DNA of 64,000 nt from an uncultured Clostridia bacterium (GCA_947627955.1 CANQXZ010000001.1:120477-184476), one strand, 5' to 3'; numbered from the stretch's first letter, positions 19,975-29,980 are shown. Notes: generated by a model not told the origin, from the letters alone. Made by a program: numbers and translations.

Positions 19975-22437
19975 TCACTTGACCTCAATTGCCGTGACTT
20001 TATAGCCCGCGTCGGTAACGAGATTAGTAATCTCGTCCTTGTCGACCTCTTCGCGGCTACGTATTACAGCGATGTTCTTTTTGAGTTTTACGTCCACCGA
20101 TACGACGTTTTTAGCCGTGGAAAGTTTATCCTCCACGCGCTTTGCGCAGTGTTCGCAGCACATACCCTCAATTGTAACAATTGTCTTCATAAAATTATCT
20201 TCCTTCACAAAATTTTTATTTTTATACAGCAACAGCCGCAGAGCGTTGCACACCACAAACAGCGAGCTCAGACTCATGCAGGCAGCCGCGATCATCGGAT
20301 TGAACACAAATCCGAGCGCAGAAAACGCTCCTGCGGCTACGGGGATCATTATAACGTTGTAAATGAACGTCCAAAACAGATTTTCCTTTATATTGCGCAC
20401 CGCCGCGCGGCTAAGATCGAACACGGTGTCGAGAGTGCGCAGATCTTCGCTGACCAGAACTACGCCCGCGGAATCGATGGCGACGTCCGTTCCGCCGCCC
20501 ATCGCTATGCCGACGTCCGCCTGTTTGAGCGCGGGCGAATCGTTTATACCGTCGCCGACCATGGCGACGCAGCCGCCGACCTTCTGCACGTTTTCCACTG
20601 CGCGCAACTTGTCTTCGGGCAACACTTCGGCGATATATTCGTCTATTCCAACGCTCTCCGCGACAGCCTTTGCCGTGACGGCGCTGTCCCCCGTGAGCAT
20701 TGCAAGCCTCATCTTACGCGCTTTTAAAAGGGCGATCGCCTGTTTGCTTCCCTCTTTTACGGCGTCGGCGAGGGCGATAAGCGCAAATACCTTTTTGCCG
20801 TCGGCGAGATATATTACGGTATTGCCCTTTTGCGACAGCTCTTCGGTGGCGCGCTCCGCCTCTTTTGAAATTCTGATGTCCTCGATAAACTTTGCGTTGC
20901 CGAGATACCACTTTCTGCCGTCATAAACCGCCTTTGCGCCCTTCCCGACGACATATTCGAAGTCCGTAACCTCAAACCCGTCGCCCGCATAGTCCACAAC
21001 GCACTTGGCGAGCGGGTGGTTGGAATGGCTCTCTATGCCGCTTGCAAGTTTTAAAGCCCACTCCTTTTCGCAGCCGAACGTGACGACTTCGGTAACGCGG
21101 GGCTTGCCCTCGGTTATGGTTGCCGTCTTGTCGAGAAGAACCGCGTTCACATCGCACAGGGACTGTAAGCTCTCTGCGTCTTTATAGAGTATGCCGCATG
21201 AAGCGGCTTTGCCCGTTGCCGTCATTATGGCTACGGGCGTTGCGAGCCCCAGCGCACACGGGCATGAGACAACGAGCACGCTTATGGCATACGTCACGCA
21301 GTGGGACGGCTCGAAGCCCCTGTCAACTATGAGCCAAATGACAAAAGTCAATATGGCGATCATGACGACGGCGGGGACGAAAACGCCCGCTACCTTGTCG
21401 GCGAATTTCTGGATGGGCGCCTTGCTCGCGCCCGCCTCTTTTACCATCTTTATAATCTTGGACAGAGTGGTCTCGTCGCCGACCTTTTCAGCCTTTATCT
21501 TGATAAACCCGCTCTTGACTATCGCGGCGGAAGTGACAAAGTCGCCCTCCGCAACTTCGACGGGCAGGCTCTCGCCCGTGATCGCGCACTTGTCCACAAA
21601 GGCGTTGCCGGATACAATCTTGCCGTCGACGGGGATATATTCGCCCTGCTTAACGACGAGGATATCGCCCGCCTTTACCTCTTTTACAGACGCAGTGCGC
21701 TGTTCGCCGTTCTCTTCGATAGTCACTGAATCGGGGGCAAGTTTCAACAGCTTTTCTATTTCCCCGCCCGTGCGCTTTTTGGACTTCTCTTCAAGCCATT
21801 TGCCAACGTCGACAAGCGTTAAAATCGTGGCGGCGGACTCGAAATGCAGGTTCATTGCATAGTCCATTCCCGCCATATGGTCGGAAGTGAATACGAGCAC
21901 CGTGAGCACGAGGGAATATATGAACGAGACGCCCGAGCCGAGCGCGACGAGCGTATCCATATTGGGCACACGCTTGAACACTGCCACCGCGCCGTTTTTG
22001 AAATACGCGTAGTTTACGCCGATTATGACTGCCGACAGTATGCATTGGTACAGCGCGAACCACCGCGCGTTTCCGTGCGACACGTTCATGTCCAAAAAGG
22101 GCGGGATCGGCGCGCCCAGCATGGAGCCCATGGAAACATACATCAGCGGCACAAGAATGCACACGGAAATTATAAACCTGATAAACAGCTTGCGGTCCTG
22201 CGGAACCTCTTTTACGGCGGGGAGCTCGCCCTCGGCATAAATTCCGTAGCCGAGCGACCTCACGGTCGCGAAGATCTTCTCTTCGGAGACGGCATTTTCG
22301 TCGAATACGACCCTCATGGATTTGCCCATGAGGCTCACTTCGCACAGGCTTACGCCCTCCTCTTTGCCGACCGCGCGTTCTATTCCCGACGAACATGCCG
22401 AACAGGTCATGCCCGTTATGTCATATCTCTTTTCCAA
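19975..22437 (-). CDS. copA: copper-translocating P1B-type ATPase with N- and C-terminal HMA domains
   Basis: 820 aa with a TTG start behind an AGAGG RBS. Contains HMA GMTCSACSSGIE, TM6 CPC (SCPCALG), DKTATIT, TM7 YNVIMIP (YN-x4-P) and TM8 MSLSS (M-xx-SS). A second HMA, GMCCEHCAKRVE, lies at the C-terminus. Confidence 0.92.
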   Translation of the reverse strand: MEKRYDITGMTCSACSSGIERAVGKEEGVSLCEVSLMGKSMRVVFDENAVSEEKIFATVRSLGYGIYAEGELPAVKEVPQDRKLFIRFIISVCILVPLMYVSMGSMLGAPIPPFLDMNVSHGNARWFALYQCILSAVIIGVNYAYFKNGAVAVFKRVPNMDTLVALGSGVSFIYSLVLTVLVFTSDHMAGMDYAMNLHFESAATILTLVDVGKWLEEKSKKRTGGEIEKLLKLAPDSVTIEENGEQRTASVKEVKAGDILVVKQGEYIPVDGKIVSGNAFVDKCAITGESLPVEVAEGDFVTSAAIVKSGFIKIKAEKVGDETTLSKIIKMVKEAGASKAPIQKFADKVAGVFVPAVVMIAILTFVIWLIVDRGFEPSHCVTYAISVLVVSCPCALGLATPVAIMTATGKAASCGILYKDAESLQSLCDVNAVLLDKTATITEGKPRVTEVVTFGCEKEWALKLASGIESHSNHPLAKCVVDYAGDGFEVTDFEYVVGKGAKAVYDGRKWYLGNAKFIEDIRISKEAERATEELSQKGNTVIYLADGKKVFALIALADAVKEGSKQAIALLKARKMRLAMLTGDSAVTAKAVAESVGIDEYIAEVLPEDKLRAVENVQKVGGCVAMVGDGINDSPALKQADVGIAMGGGTDVAIDSAGVVLVSEDLRTLDTVFDLSRAAVRNIKENLFWTFIYNVIMIPVAAGAFSALGFVFNPMIAAACMSLSSLFVVCNALRLLLYKNKNFVKEDNFMKTIVTIEGMCCEHCAKRVEDKLSTAKNVVSVDVKLKKNIAVIRSREEVDKDEITNLVTDAGYKVTAIEVK

Positions 22438-22454
22438 ATCCGTTGCCTCTAATA

Positions 22455-22500
22455 ACTATATAATATTATAGCCCTTAATTCCTATTTTGTCAATAGGAAT
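22455..22500 (-). promoter_or_regulatory. near-consensus copA promoter embedded in a perfect 19-bp inverted repeat (also a possible terminator for the asparaginase gene)
   Basis: Inverted repeat ATAGCCCTTAATTCCTATT (22458-22476) / AATAGGAATTAAGGGCTAT (22482-22500). Minus strand reads TTGACA (22483-22478), 17 nt, TATAAT (22460-22455). Confidence 0.6.
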
Positions 22501-22527
22501 TAAGGGCTATCACAAAGGCGAAATATG

Positions 22528-23547
22528 TCAATCGTAAATTTTTTCGAAGAAATGATTGCTCTGCAGTTCTTTTTCGATATCCTTGCCCGAGCCGAGCGCA
22601 AGCATCACCTTGACTACGGTCATCTCAAAGCTCATGTCATACGCCAGAATGCACTTATCTTTCAGCTCGAAGGCGCTCGCATACACCCGCGCCTTGCTGT
22701 CTACGGGAGACAGAACAACCGAAATGCCGATCGAACGGCAATAATCGATAAATTTCAGAACGTTCGTCTCCTCGCCCGCAGTGCACACAGTCCCGCTGTG
22801 ATAGAGTTCGATTATCACCGCGAGAGGCTTCTTATAGCCGAAATTGTAATAGCTGAAATCGAGGAAGGAACGCGCCCTTATCGTGACTATGTCGCGGCAG
22901 AGATTGTACCTCCCGTACGCCTCGCGCTTTTCGGCAAACCTCTCCTTTGCGGGCAAATATTTGCTCTTTGTATAGACAAATTTTCCGTCCACGAGCTCGC
23001 ACAGCGGCGAACCCATTACGCTGGAAAAGTGTCCGCTTATCTGCTCCGCCACGGTTATCCTGCTCGCTATGTGTATTCTTAAGTTTTCGTAGTCGTTTTT
23101 GAAGGAGACGAACACGCCGCTCAGTCCCTCGTTCTCTATAAAGGAAACGGCTCCCGCGAAATTTTCAACGCCCTTGCTCCTTGCGTCGTTCAAAGGATAC
23201 AGCGCAGAAACGAACACGACGGGCACGGGGATATTGCAGAAGATCTGGCTGAAAAGCGTAGCCGTAAAGCTGAGCGTATCGGTCCCGTGTGTGATTATTA
23301 TCCCGTCGTAGCGTGACTTGTCCACCGCTTTAAGGCAGGCGACCATGGCGTCGATGTCCTCAAACTGCACGTTTTCGCTGAGGATATCCAGAGGTCTCAG
23401 CTGGTCGAACCGAATTCCGTCGCCGTAAATTTCACGGTATCTTTCAATAAGCTCGCTCTTGTTGTCGCTGCTCAGATCGACGGTGTTACCGCTCGCGCTC
23501 GAGCCTATCGTACCGCCCGTAAAAATAACACAGATCCTGTTTTTCAT
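22528..23547 (-). CDS. L-asparaginase (type I family)
   Basis: 339 aa with the FTGGTIGS and ITHGTDTL motifs. Confidence 0.85.
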   Translation of the reverse strand: MKNRICVIFTGGTIGSSASGNTVDLSSDNKSELIERYREIYGDGIRFDQLRPLDILSENVQFEDIDAMVACLKAVDKSRYDGIIITHGTDTLSFTATLFSQIFCNIPVPVVFVSALYPLNDARSKGVENFAGAVSFIENEGLSGVFVSFKNDYENLRIHIASRITVAEQISGHFSSVMGSPLCELVDGKFVYTKSKYLPAKERFAEKREAYGRYNLCRDIVTIRARSFLDFSYYNFGYKKPLAVIIELYHSGTVCTAGEETNVLKFIDYCRSIGISVVLSPVDSKARVYASAFELKDKCILAYDMSFEMTVVKVMLALGSGKDIEKELQSNHFFEKIYD

Positions 23548-23559
23548 TATTATATAGTA

Positions 23560-24933
23560 TTATAAATTCCCAACCGTTCTGGGGAACAGCAACGTATCCC
23601 TGATATTCTGCACGCCGGTTATATACATCAGAATTCTCTCCATTCCGAGCCCGAAACCGCTGTGCGGAACGCTTCCGTACTTGCGCAGATCGAGGTATTC
23701 CCCGTACGCTTCGAGGGGCATATTGCGCTTTTTCATCGCCTCAATGAGCTTGGCGGTGTCCGCCTCGCGTTCGCTGCAACCTATTATCTCGCCGATGCCG
23801 GGAACAAGAAGATCCGTAGCCGCAACCGTCTTGCCGTCGGGATTCAGCTTCATATAGAAAGCCTTTATGTCCGCGGGGTAATCCACGACGAACACGGGCT
23901 TTTTGAAATACTCCTCGGTGAGATAGCGCTCGTGCTCGGTCTGGAGGTCGCACCCCCATTCAACGGGATATTTGAAATCCTTGCCCGATTTTTTGAGCGC
24001 TTCCACCGCGTCGGTATAGCTGATCTTGGCGAAATCGCTTGAAATCACGGCGCTGAGCTTGTCCAAAAGCCCTTTTTCGAACCGCTCGGAAAAATATGCG
24101 AGCTCGTCGGGGCAGTTGTCAACGGTATACTTGATTATATACTTTATGAACTCCTCGGCAATGCCGATTATGTCATCAAGATCGGCGAAACTTACCTCGG
24201 GCTCTATCTGCCAGAACTCTGCGGCATGCCGCGTGGTGTTACTGTGCTCCGCGCGGAAAGTGGGTCCGAAAGTATAAATCCTTCCGAGCGCCGTCGCAGC
24301 CATCTCGCCCTCGAGTTGTCCCGATACGGTCAAATTTGCCCTGTGCCCGAAGAAATCCTCCGCATAGTATTCCTCTTCGTTGCCGCATTCGGTTTTCCAC
24401 GGCATCGTGGTGACGCGGAACATTTCGCCTGCGCCCTCGCAGTCGCTGCCCGTGATTATCGGCGTATGCACATATTTATAGCCGTGCTCCTGAAAGTATT
24501 TGTGTATGGCGTAAGAGAGAGTGCTCCTTACGGCAAACACCGCTTCAAAATATTTGGTGCGGGGTCTCAAATGGGGTATAGTCCGCAAAAATTCGAGCGT
24601 ATGGTGCTTTTTTTGCAGGGGATAATCCTGCGGACAGCCGCCCAATATCTCCACCGAGGAGACAGCCATTTCATAGCCGTTCCTCTCCGAGGGGATAAAT
24701 TCGCCCTCTGCTTTAAGCGCAACGCCCACTACGAGCGCCTCCTTTAAATTCGCAAGCGGCTTATCCTTGCCGAATACGAGTTGGAGATTTTTGAAACACG
24801 TGCCGTCGTTCAACTCTATAAACGCCACGCTCTTGGAATCGCGCCAAGTCCTGACCCAGCCGCAGACCGTGACCGGGGAGCCGGAAAATTTTTGCGGATA
24901 CTTGAAAAGTTCCGATATATCGGTATGCTTCAT
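23560..24933 (-). CDS. asnS: asparaginyl-tRNA synthetase
   Basis: 457 aa class IIb synthetase with an N-terminal OB fold. Motifs FRAEHSNTTRHAAEFWQIEPE and GFGLGMERILMY. Confidence 0.95.
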   Translation of the reverse strand: MKHTDISELFKYPQKFSGSPVTVCGWVRTWRDSKSVAFIELNDGTCFKNLQLVFGKDKPLANLKEALVVGVALKAEGEFIPSERNGYEMAVSSVEILGGCPQDYPLQKKHHTLEFLRTIPHLRPRTKYFEAVFAVRSTLSYAIHKYFQEHGYKYVHTPIITGSDCEGAGEMFRVTTMPWKTECGNEEEYYAEDFFGHRANLTVSGQLEGEMAATALGRIYTFGPTFRAEHSNTTRHAAEFWQIEPEVSFADLDDIIGIAEEFIKYIIKYTVDNCPDELAYFSERFEKGLLDKLSAVISSDFAKISYTDAVEALKKSGKDFKYPVEWGCDLQTEHERYLTEEYFKKPVFVVDYPADIKAFYMKLNPDGKTVAATDLLVPGIGEIIGCSEREADTAKLIEAMKKRNMPLEAYGEYLDLRKYGSVPHSGFGLGMERILMYITGVQNIRDTLLFPRTVGNL

Positions 24934-24951
24934 ATTAGTTTACCTGCTTTT

Positions 24952-24986
24952 CACGAAAATACGGACTGCCGTTTCTGGCAGTCCGT
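24952..24986 (-). terminator. terminator after rpmF
   Basis: ACGGACTGCC/GGCAGTCCGT stem with a 6-nt loop, followed by ATTTTCGTG on the minus strand. Confidence 0.6.
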
Positions 24987-24992
24987 TCGGTC

Positions 24993-25181
24993 TTATTCTT
25001 TATTTGCGTCCTGAGAAACCACTTCGGTCTTATCGTAGTAGCCGCAATTGCCGCAAACCCTGTGAGCCTGCATTTTCTGATGGCAATGAGGGCATTCCAC
25101 AAGCGTGGGAAGCTCTGCCTTGTAATTTGCAAACCTCGAATTTGTCCTGCTCTTCGATACTTTTCCCTTGGGTACTGCCAT
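24993..25181 (-). CDS. rpmF: 50S ribosomal protein L32
   Basis: 62 aa: MAVPKGKVSKSRTNSR...CPHCHQKMQAHRVCGNCGYY. Confidence 0.95.
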   Translation of the reverse strand: MAVPKGKVSKSRTNSRFANYKAELPTLVECPHCHQKMQAHRVCGNCGYYDKTEVVSQDANKE

Positions 25182-25200
25182 AATTTACACCTCTTTTTAC

Positions 25201-25641
25201 TTAATTACTTACGTCAATACCCTTGCAACCCTCCCTGCACAACAGGATATTGGGCTGGCTTATAAGTATTGCATCGTCCACGGCGGTTCTCAAATCGATC
25301 TTCACGCCGTCGTAAATATAATGGTCGTCATCGCTGTCGGAGACGTCCTTCTCGGTAACGTCGTACAAAATTTCGGTCGTGAAAACTATTTCCTTGCGCG
25401 CAGGGGAAAGACAGTACGAGCACTTGCCCGTTATCGTGTAGACCACCGTAAGATCCACGAACACCCTTCCGTCTTCCTCTATCTCGTAACTGCCGCTCAC
25501 CTTTACCTCGCCGTCTACAGAACAAAGCGGGATAAGGCAACAGTCTGCGGGCGGAGCATAGCCGAAAGAAAAACTGCCTTTGTACTGCTTGCGCGCGTTA
25601 AGTTTTCTTACTTCAATTTCCATACCGAAGCTGACTATCAA
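25201..25641 (-). CDS. yceD: YceD/DUF177 family protein
   Basis: 146 aa in the conserved position upstream of rpmF. C-terminal LCREGCKGI motif. The exact start is uncertain. Confidence 0.8.
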   Translation of the reverse strand: MIVSFGMEIEVRKLNARKQYKGSFSFGYAPPADCCLIPLCSVDGEVKVSGSYEIEEDGRVFVDLTVVYTITGKCSYCLSPARKEIVFTTEILYDVTEKDVSDSDDDHYIYDGVKIDLRTAVDDAILISQPNILLCREGCKGIDVSN

Positions 25642-25698
25642 ATTATATTATAAGGGACTTGCTTTGTCAACTTGTTTTGCGGCTCATTGATATATTTT

Positions 25699-26895
25699 TT
25701 ATAAAAGTTCAGCCGTCTCTCTCGCTATGACGAGTTCCTCGTTCGTGGGGATAACGAGCACCTTGACTTTGGAATTTTTAGCCGAAATTTCCCTTATCGA
25801 CCCGTCGTTTTTGCCGTTATTCGCCCTCTTGTTGAGCTTTACGCCGAGGAACTGCAAGCCGTCGCATACAGCCTCGCGGACGGTGGGCGTATTTTCGCCT
25901 ATGCCCGCCGTGAATACTATGCAGTCGAGACCGCCCATTGCCGCGGCATAGGAACCGACGTATTTCTTGGTCTGGTATGCGAACATGTCGAGGGCGAGTT
26001 TGCACCTTGCATTGCCCTTCTTTGCGCCGGCGATAAGGTCTCTGAAATCGCTCGAAACGCCCGAGATCCCTGCAACGCCGCACTTCTTGTTCAGATAAGT
26101 TATCACTTCTGCGTGGGTCATGCCCTTCTTCCTTGCGAGGAATTCAACGGCGGACGCGTCTATATCGCCCGAACGGGTGCCCATGAGGATACCCGCAAGC
26201 GGTGTAAAGCCCATCGAGGTATCCACGCATTTGCCGCCGTCGACCGCGCTTATTGAAGAGCCGTTGCCGAGATGGCAGGTGACTATTTTCAGCTCTTCGG
26301 GCTTTTTGCCGAGATATTTGGCGGCTTCGGAGGAAACAAACTTGTGGCTCGTGCCGTGGAAACCGTACTTTCTCACGCCGTATTTCTTGTAATCTTCATA
26401 ATCCACGCCGTAAAGATATGCCTTTTCGGGCATCGTAGCGTGGAAAGACGTGTCGAATACGAGAGCCATGGGCGTATGGGGCATTACTTCCATGCATGCG
26501 CGCACGCCCGTCGCCGCAGCGGGATTATGCAGGGGCGCAAGTTCGAAGGTCTTCTCCTCGAGGGTCTTCATGACTTCGTCCGTGACGAGGGTCGTCTTGT
26601 TGAAGTACTCGCCGCTGGCGACCATTCTGTGACCTACCGCGTCAATCTCGTCCATCGACTTGATAACGCCTATCTCGCTGTCGGTGAGCGCCGAGAGCAC
26701 GAGCTCTATCGCCACCTTGTGGTCGGGCATATCCTTGTTGTATACCTTTTCGCCGCCGTTACCCTTGGCTTTGAGAAGAGAGCCGGGTATACCTATCCTT
26801 TCGCAGCCGCCCTTTGCGAGCACTTTTTCGGTCTCCATATCGATGAGCTGATATTTTAAGGACGAACTTCCTGCGTTTACTACCAGAATTTTCAT
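25699..26895 (-). CDS. ackA: acetate kinase
   Basis: 398 aa beginning MKILVVNAGSSSLKYQL, with FHGTSH and VFTAGIGEN motifs. Confidence 0.97.
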   Translation of the reverse strand: MKILVVNAGSSSLKYQLIDMETEKVLAKGGCERIGIPGSLLKAKGNGGEKVYNKDMPDHKVAIELVLSALTDSEIGVIKSMDEIDAVGHRMVASGEYFNKTTLVTDEVMKTLEEKTFELAPLHNPAAATGVRACMEVMPHTPMALVFDTSFHATMPEKAYLYGVDYEDYKKYGVRKYGFHGTSHKFVSSEAAKYLGKKPEELKIVTCHLGNGSSISAVDGGKCVDTSMGFTPLAGILMGTRSGDIDASAVEFLARKKGMTHAEVITYLNKKCGVAGISGVSSDFRDLIAGAKKGNARCKLALDMFAYQTKKYVGSYAAAMGGLDCIVFTAGIGENTPTVREAVCDGLQFLGVKLNKRANNGKNDGSIREISAKNSKVKVLVIPTNEELVIARETAELL

Positions 26896-26920
26896 TGTTT
26901 ATTCCCCTTTGACGTTTATT

Positions 26921-27925
26921 TTATTCTGCCTGTAATGCCGTTACCGCAACCGTGGCAACTATGTCTTCCACGTTGCATCCCCTCGAAAGGTCGTTCAGGG
27001 GCTTTGCAAAGCCCTGACATACGGGACCTATCGCCATGTATCCGCCGAAACGCTGAGCTATCTTGTAGCCTATGTTGCCTGCGTTGATATTCGGGAACAC
27101 AAATACATTCGCATGCCCTGCGACTTTGGAGCCGGGAGCTTTGAGTTCTCCGACTTCGGGAGCGACTGCGGCGTCGAACTGGAATTCGCCGTCGAGCGCA
27201 AGGTCGGGAGCCGCTTCTTTCGCGAGCGCCGTTGCCTGCTGGACCTTGGGAACGCTCTGCGTGAATTTATCGTCGTTGCCCGAGCCCTTTGTCGAGAACG
27301 AAAGCATTGCCACGCGGGGTTCGATCCCCGCAATGTCCTTTGCGGTCTTTGCGGAAGTTACGGCAATATCCGCAAGCTGTTCCGCCGTGGGTTCTATATT
27401 TATGGCGCAATCCGCGAACACGGCAACGCCGTCGGGATTGTAAGGATTTTTATTGTCGGGAGCTATCATTATAAAGCAGCTTGAAACGGTCTTGATGCCG
27501 GGAGCCGTTTTAACGACCTGCAGACCGGGGCGCAAGGTGTTTGCGGTGGAATGGCAGGCGCCGGAAACATAGCCGTCCACATCGCCCGCTTTGAGCATGA
27601 GCGCGCCGAACATAGTCCTGTCTTTGGCTTGCTTTGCGGCTTCCTCTTCGGTCATACCCTTTGCCTTTCTTGCCTCATAGAGTATGGAAGCATATTTTGC
27701 AGTCTTGTCCGAGGTGAGGGGATCGATGAGGGTTATACCCTTAAGATCCACGTGGGGAGCGACCCGTTTACATTCCTCTTCGTTGCCGATAAGCACTATT
27801 TTGGCTATTCCCTCTTTTGTTATCCGCGCCGCAGCCTCGACAACGCGCTTGTCCTCGCCTTCGCAAAGCACTATGGTCTTTTTGCGAGCCGCCGCTTTTG
27901 CCTTGATTTCATCAAGTAATGACAT
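26921..27925 (-). CDS. pta: phosphate acetyltransferase
   Basis: 334 aa with the PTA_PTB fold and the motifs VSGACHSTANTLRP and FPNINAGNIGYK. Directly upstream of ackA. Confidence 0.95.
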   Translation of the reverse strand: MSLLDEIKAKAAARKKTIVLCEGEDKRVVEAAARITKEGIAKIVLIGNEEECKRVAPHVDLKGITLIDPLTSDKTAKYASILYEARKAKGMTEEEAAKQAKDRTMFGALMLKAGDVDGYVSGACHSTANTLRPGLQVVKTAPGIKTVSSCFIMIAPDNKNPYNPDGVAVFADCAINIEPTAEQLADIAVTSAKTAKDIAGIEPRVAMLSFSTKGSGNDDKFTQSVPKVQQATALAKEAAPDLALDGEFQFDAAVAPEVGELKAPGSKVAGHANVFVFPNINAGNIGYKIAQRFGGYMAIGPVCQGFAKPLNDLSRGCNVEDIVATVAVTALQAE

Positions 27926-28039
27926 TTCCTTTCTCCTTAAAATACTTTATTTTTCCGACAAAAACATATATAATATAGGTGGTCGGATATCTGACAGCAA
28001 TAATTATATACCAGAAAAAACGGATTGTAAAGAATTAAA

Positions 28040-29203
28040 ATGAAAATTTGTGCAATAATTTGTGAATTTAACCCATTTCACAACGGACACAAATATCTTT
28101 TGGAAAGGGCTCGCGCGCTCTCGGGCTGCGACGCCGTGCTCTGCCTTATGAGCGGCAATTTCACCCAACGCGGCGACATATGCGTCATGTCAAAACGTCA
28201 GAGGGCGCGCCACGCCGTCCTCGGCGGGGCAGACGCCGTCCTCGAATTGCCCGTCCCCTTCGCCGTTGCGCCTGCCGAAATATTCGCAAGGGGGGCTGTA
28301 AAGCTCCTCTCCTCCATTCCCGAAGTCGGATGCATCGCGTTCGGCTGCGAAAACGCGGACGCCGACTTTATAAAAGCCGCCGAGATACTTCTCAATGAGA
28401 GCGAAACATTCAAACGCGTACTTAAACAGCGCCTCGAATCGGGCGACAGCTATGTAAGGAGCCGTGCGGAGGCGTTCGCGGCATGCGGAGGCGACCGCGA
28501 ACTGCTCGACCGCCCCAACAATATACTCGGCGTGGAATACGCGAGATCGGTACTTCTCGCCGGCGGGAAGATCGAACTCATGCCCGTATCGCGCCGCGGT
28601 GCGGATTTCGGCGAAGGCGCCCTTACGGGGGAATTTTCGTCGGCTAAGGCAATAAGGAACAATATCGGAAATACCGCCCTGAAAGACTGCATGCCCGCGT
28701 TCTCTTATGAAGATCTTAAAGATTTTTCAGCCGAAAACGCGCTTTTTTGGGATATTTTGCGCTATGAACTCCTGAAATCGCCGCCCGAACGCCTCGTACG
28801 TATTTTCGGATGCGGCGAGGGGCTCGAAAACAGGCTCCCCGCGCTGGCTGCCCTTCCCTATGACGAATTTATTTCCGCCGCCTGCGGGAAGAGATACACC
28901 GCCTCCCGCGTCAAAAGGATCGCGCTTTCAAACATGCTCGGTCTGTTTGCCGACGATTGCAGGCGCTATCTTGGCGGCAAACTCTATTTAAAGCCCTTAG
29001 CCGTAAATTCGGGGCGCACCGATCCTGTTCTGGGCTCCCTTTCAAGATCCTGTTTTCCGTTGCTATTGAAGGAGCGGGACGAAAATATGCTCTCCGAAGA
29101 GGGCAAAGAATGCCTAAAAAAGGACAAATACGCCTTGAAGATGCGCAATTTCATATTCGGCGAGGAAGATACCCGCGATTATCCCGCGTTCATTCAGACA
29201 TAA
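28040..29203 (+). CDS. tmcAL: tRNA(Met) cytidine acetate ligase-type nucleotidyltransferase (YlbM/UPF0348 family)
   Basis: 387 aa. The N-terminal ICEFNPFHNGHKYLL carries an HxGH nucleotidyltransferase motif. Confidence 0.8.
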   Translation: MKICAIICEFNPFHNGHKYLLERARALSGCDAVLCLMSGNFTQRGDICVMSKRQRARHAVLGGADAVLELPVPFAVAPAEIFARGAVKLLSSIPEVGCIAFGCENADADFIKAAEILLNESETFKRVLKQRLESGDSYVRSRAEAFAACGGDRELLDRPNNILGVEYARSVLLAGGKIELMPVSRRGADFGEGALTGEFSSAKAIRNNIGNTALKDCMPAFSYEDLKDFSAENALFWDILRYELLKSPPERLVRIFGCGEGLENRLPALAALPYDEFISAACGKRYTASRVKRIALSNMLGLFADDCRRYLGGKLYLKPLAVNSGRTDPVLGSLSRSCFPLLLKERDENMLSEEGKECLKKDKYALKMRNFIFGEEDTRDYPAFIQT

Positions 29204-29224
29204 TAAACCGCCGAAAAACAGATA

Positions 29225-29254
29225 AAAACGACCCGCACAATACGGGTCGTTTTT
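29225..29254. terminator. bidirectional terminator between tmcAL and rluB
   Basis: CGACCCG/CGGGTCG stem flanked by an A5 run on the left and a T5 run on the right. Confidence 0.7.
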
Positions 29255-29259
29255 ATGAT

Positions 29260-29958
29260 TTACAGCGAATTGAGGTATTCCACTTCCTGCTTTGTGAGCT
29301 TTCGGCAGGCTCCCCTGTCCAGCCCGCGGAGGGTGAGTTCGCCTATCCTGATGCGCTTTAAAAGCGTCACTTCCTTACCTATCGCCGCAAACAGCTTTCT
29401 TATTTCCCTGTTGCGCCCCTCGGTCACCGTGACATGCACTTTCGTGTACGCCTTATCCGTTTCAACAATGTGCGCCTTGCATTTTTTTGTCATCTGACCG
29501 TCGATTTCGAGACCGCTCCGTATGGGATTGAGCGCGGCTTCCGTAAGCGTGCCCTCGACCTTTACAAGGTAGGTTTTGGGAACGTCGTGCGAGGGATGGG
29601 TGAGCCTTTGTGCAAGTTCGCCGTCAGAAGTCAGAATAAGCAATCCCTCGCTGTCGTAGTCGAGCCTGCCGACGGGGAATATCCTCCCCGCATTCGAGGG
29701 CATAAGGTCCATAACGGTCTTTCTGCCCTTGTCGTCCGACACCGAACAGATATAGCCCTTGGGCTTGTTGAGCATATAGTACTCATATTTTTTGATAACG
29801 GCGCGCTGTCCGCCGACCGATACCTCGTCGGATTCGCTCACCTCTTCGCCGACGCGGGCTTGCCTGCCGTTGACGGTGACCTTGCCCTCGGATATCAATC
29901 TGTCACACTCCCTGCGCGAGGCGACGCCCGCCGCGGCGAGAAACTTGTTCAAACGCAT
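29260..29958 (-). CDS. rluB: RsuA/RluB-family pseudouridine synthase with S4 domain
   Basis: 232 aa with S4 region MRLNKFLAAAGVASRRECDRLISEGKVTVNG and catalytic motif VGRLDYDSEGLLILT. Confidence 0.9.
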   Translation of the reverse strand: MRLNKFLAAAGVASRRECDRLISEGKVTVNGRQARVGEEVSESDEVSVGGQRAVIKKYEYYMLNKPKGYICSVSDDKGRKTVMDLMPSNAGRIFPVGRLDYDSEGLLILTSDGELAQRLTHPSHDVPKTYLVKVEGTLTEAALNPIRSGLEIDGQMTKKCKAHIVETDKAYTKVHVTVTEGRNREIRKLFAAIGKEVTLLKRIRIGELTLRGLDRGACRKLTKQEVEYLNSL

Positions 29959-29980
29959 TTTATACAGTACCTTACAGTTT

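Noticed and set aside
19972-22452. Plus-strand ORFs of 187-251 aa overlapping copA (19972-20727, 20363-20926, 21191-21862, 21844-22452)
   Set aside because: These are antisense or alternative frames of a high-confidence P-type ATPase. Their composition is biased and they have no motifs.
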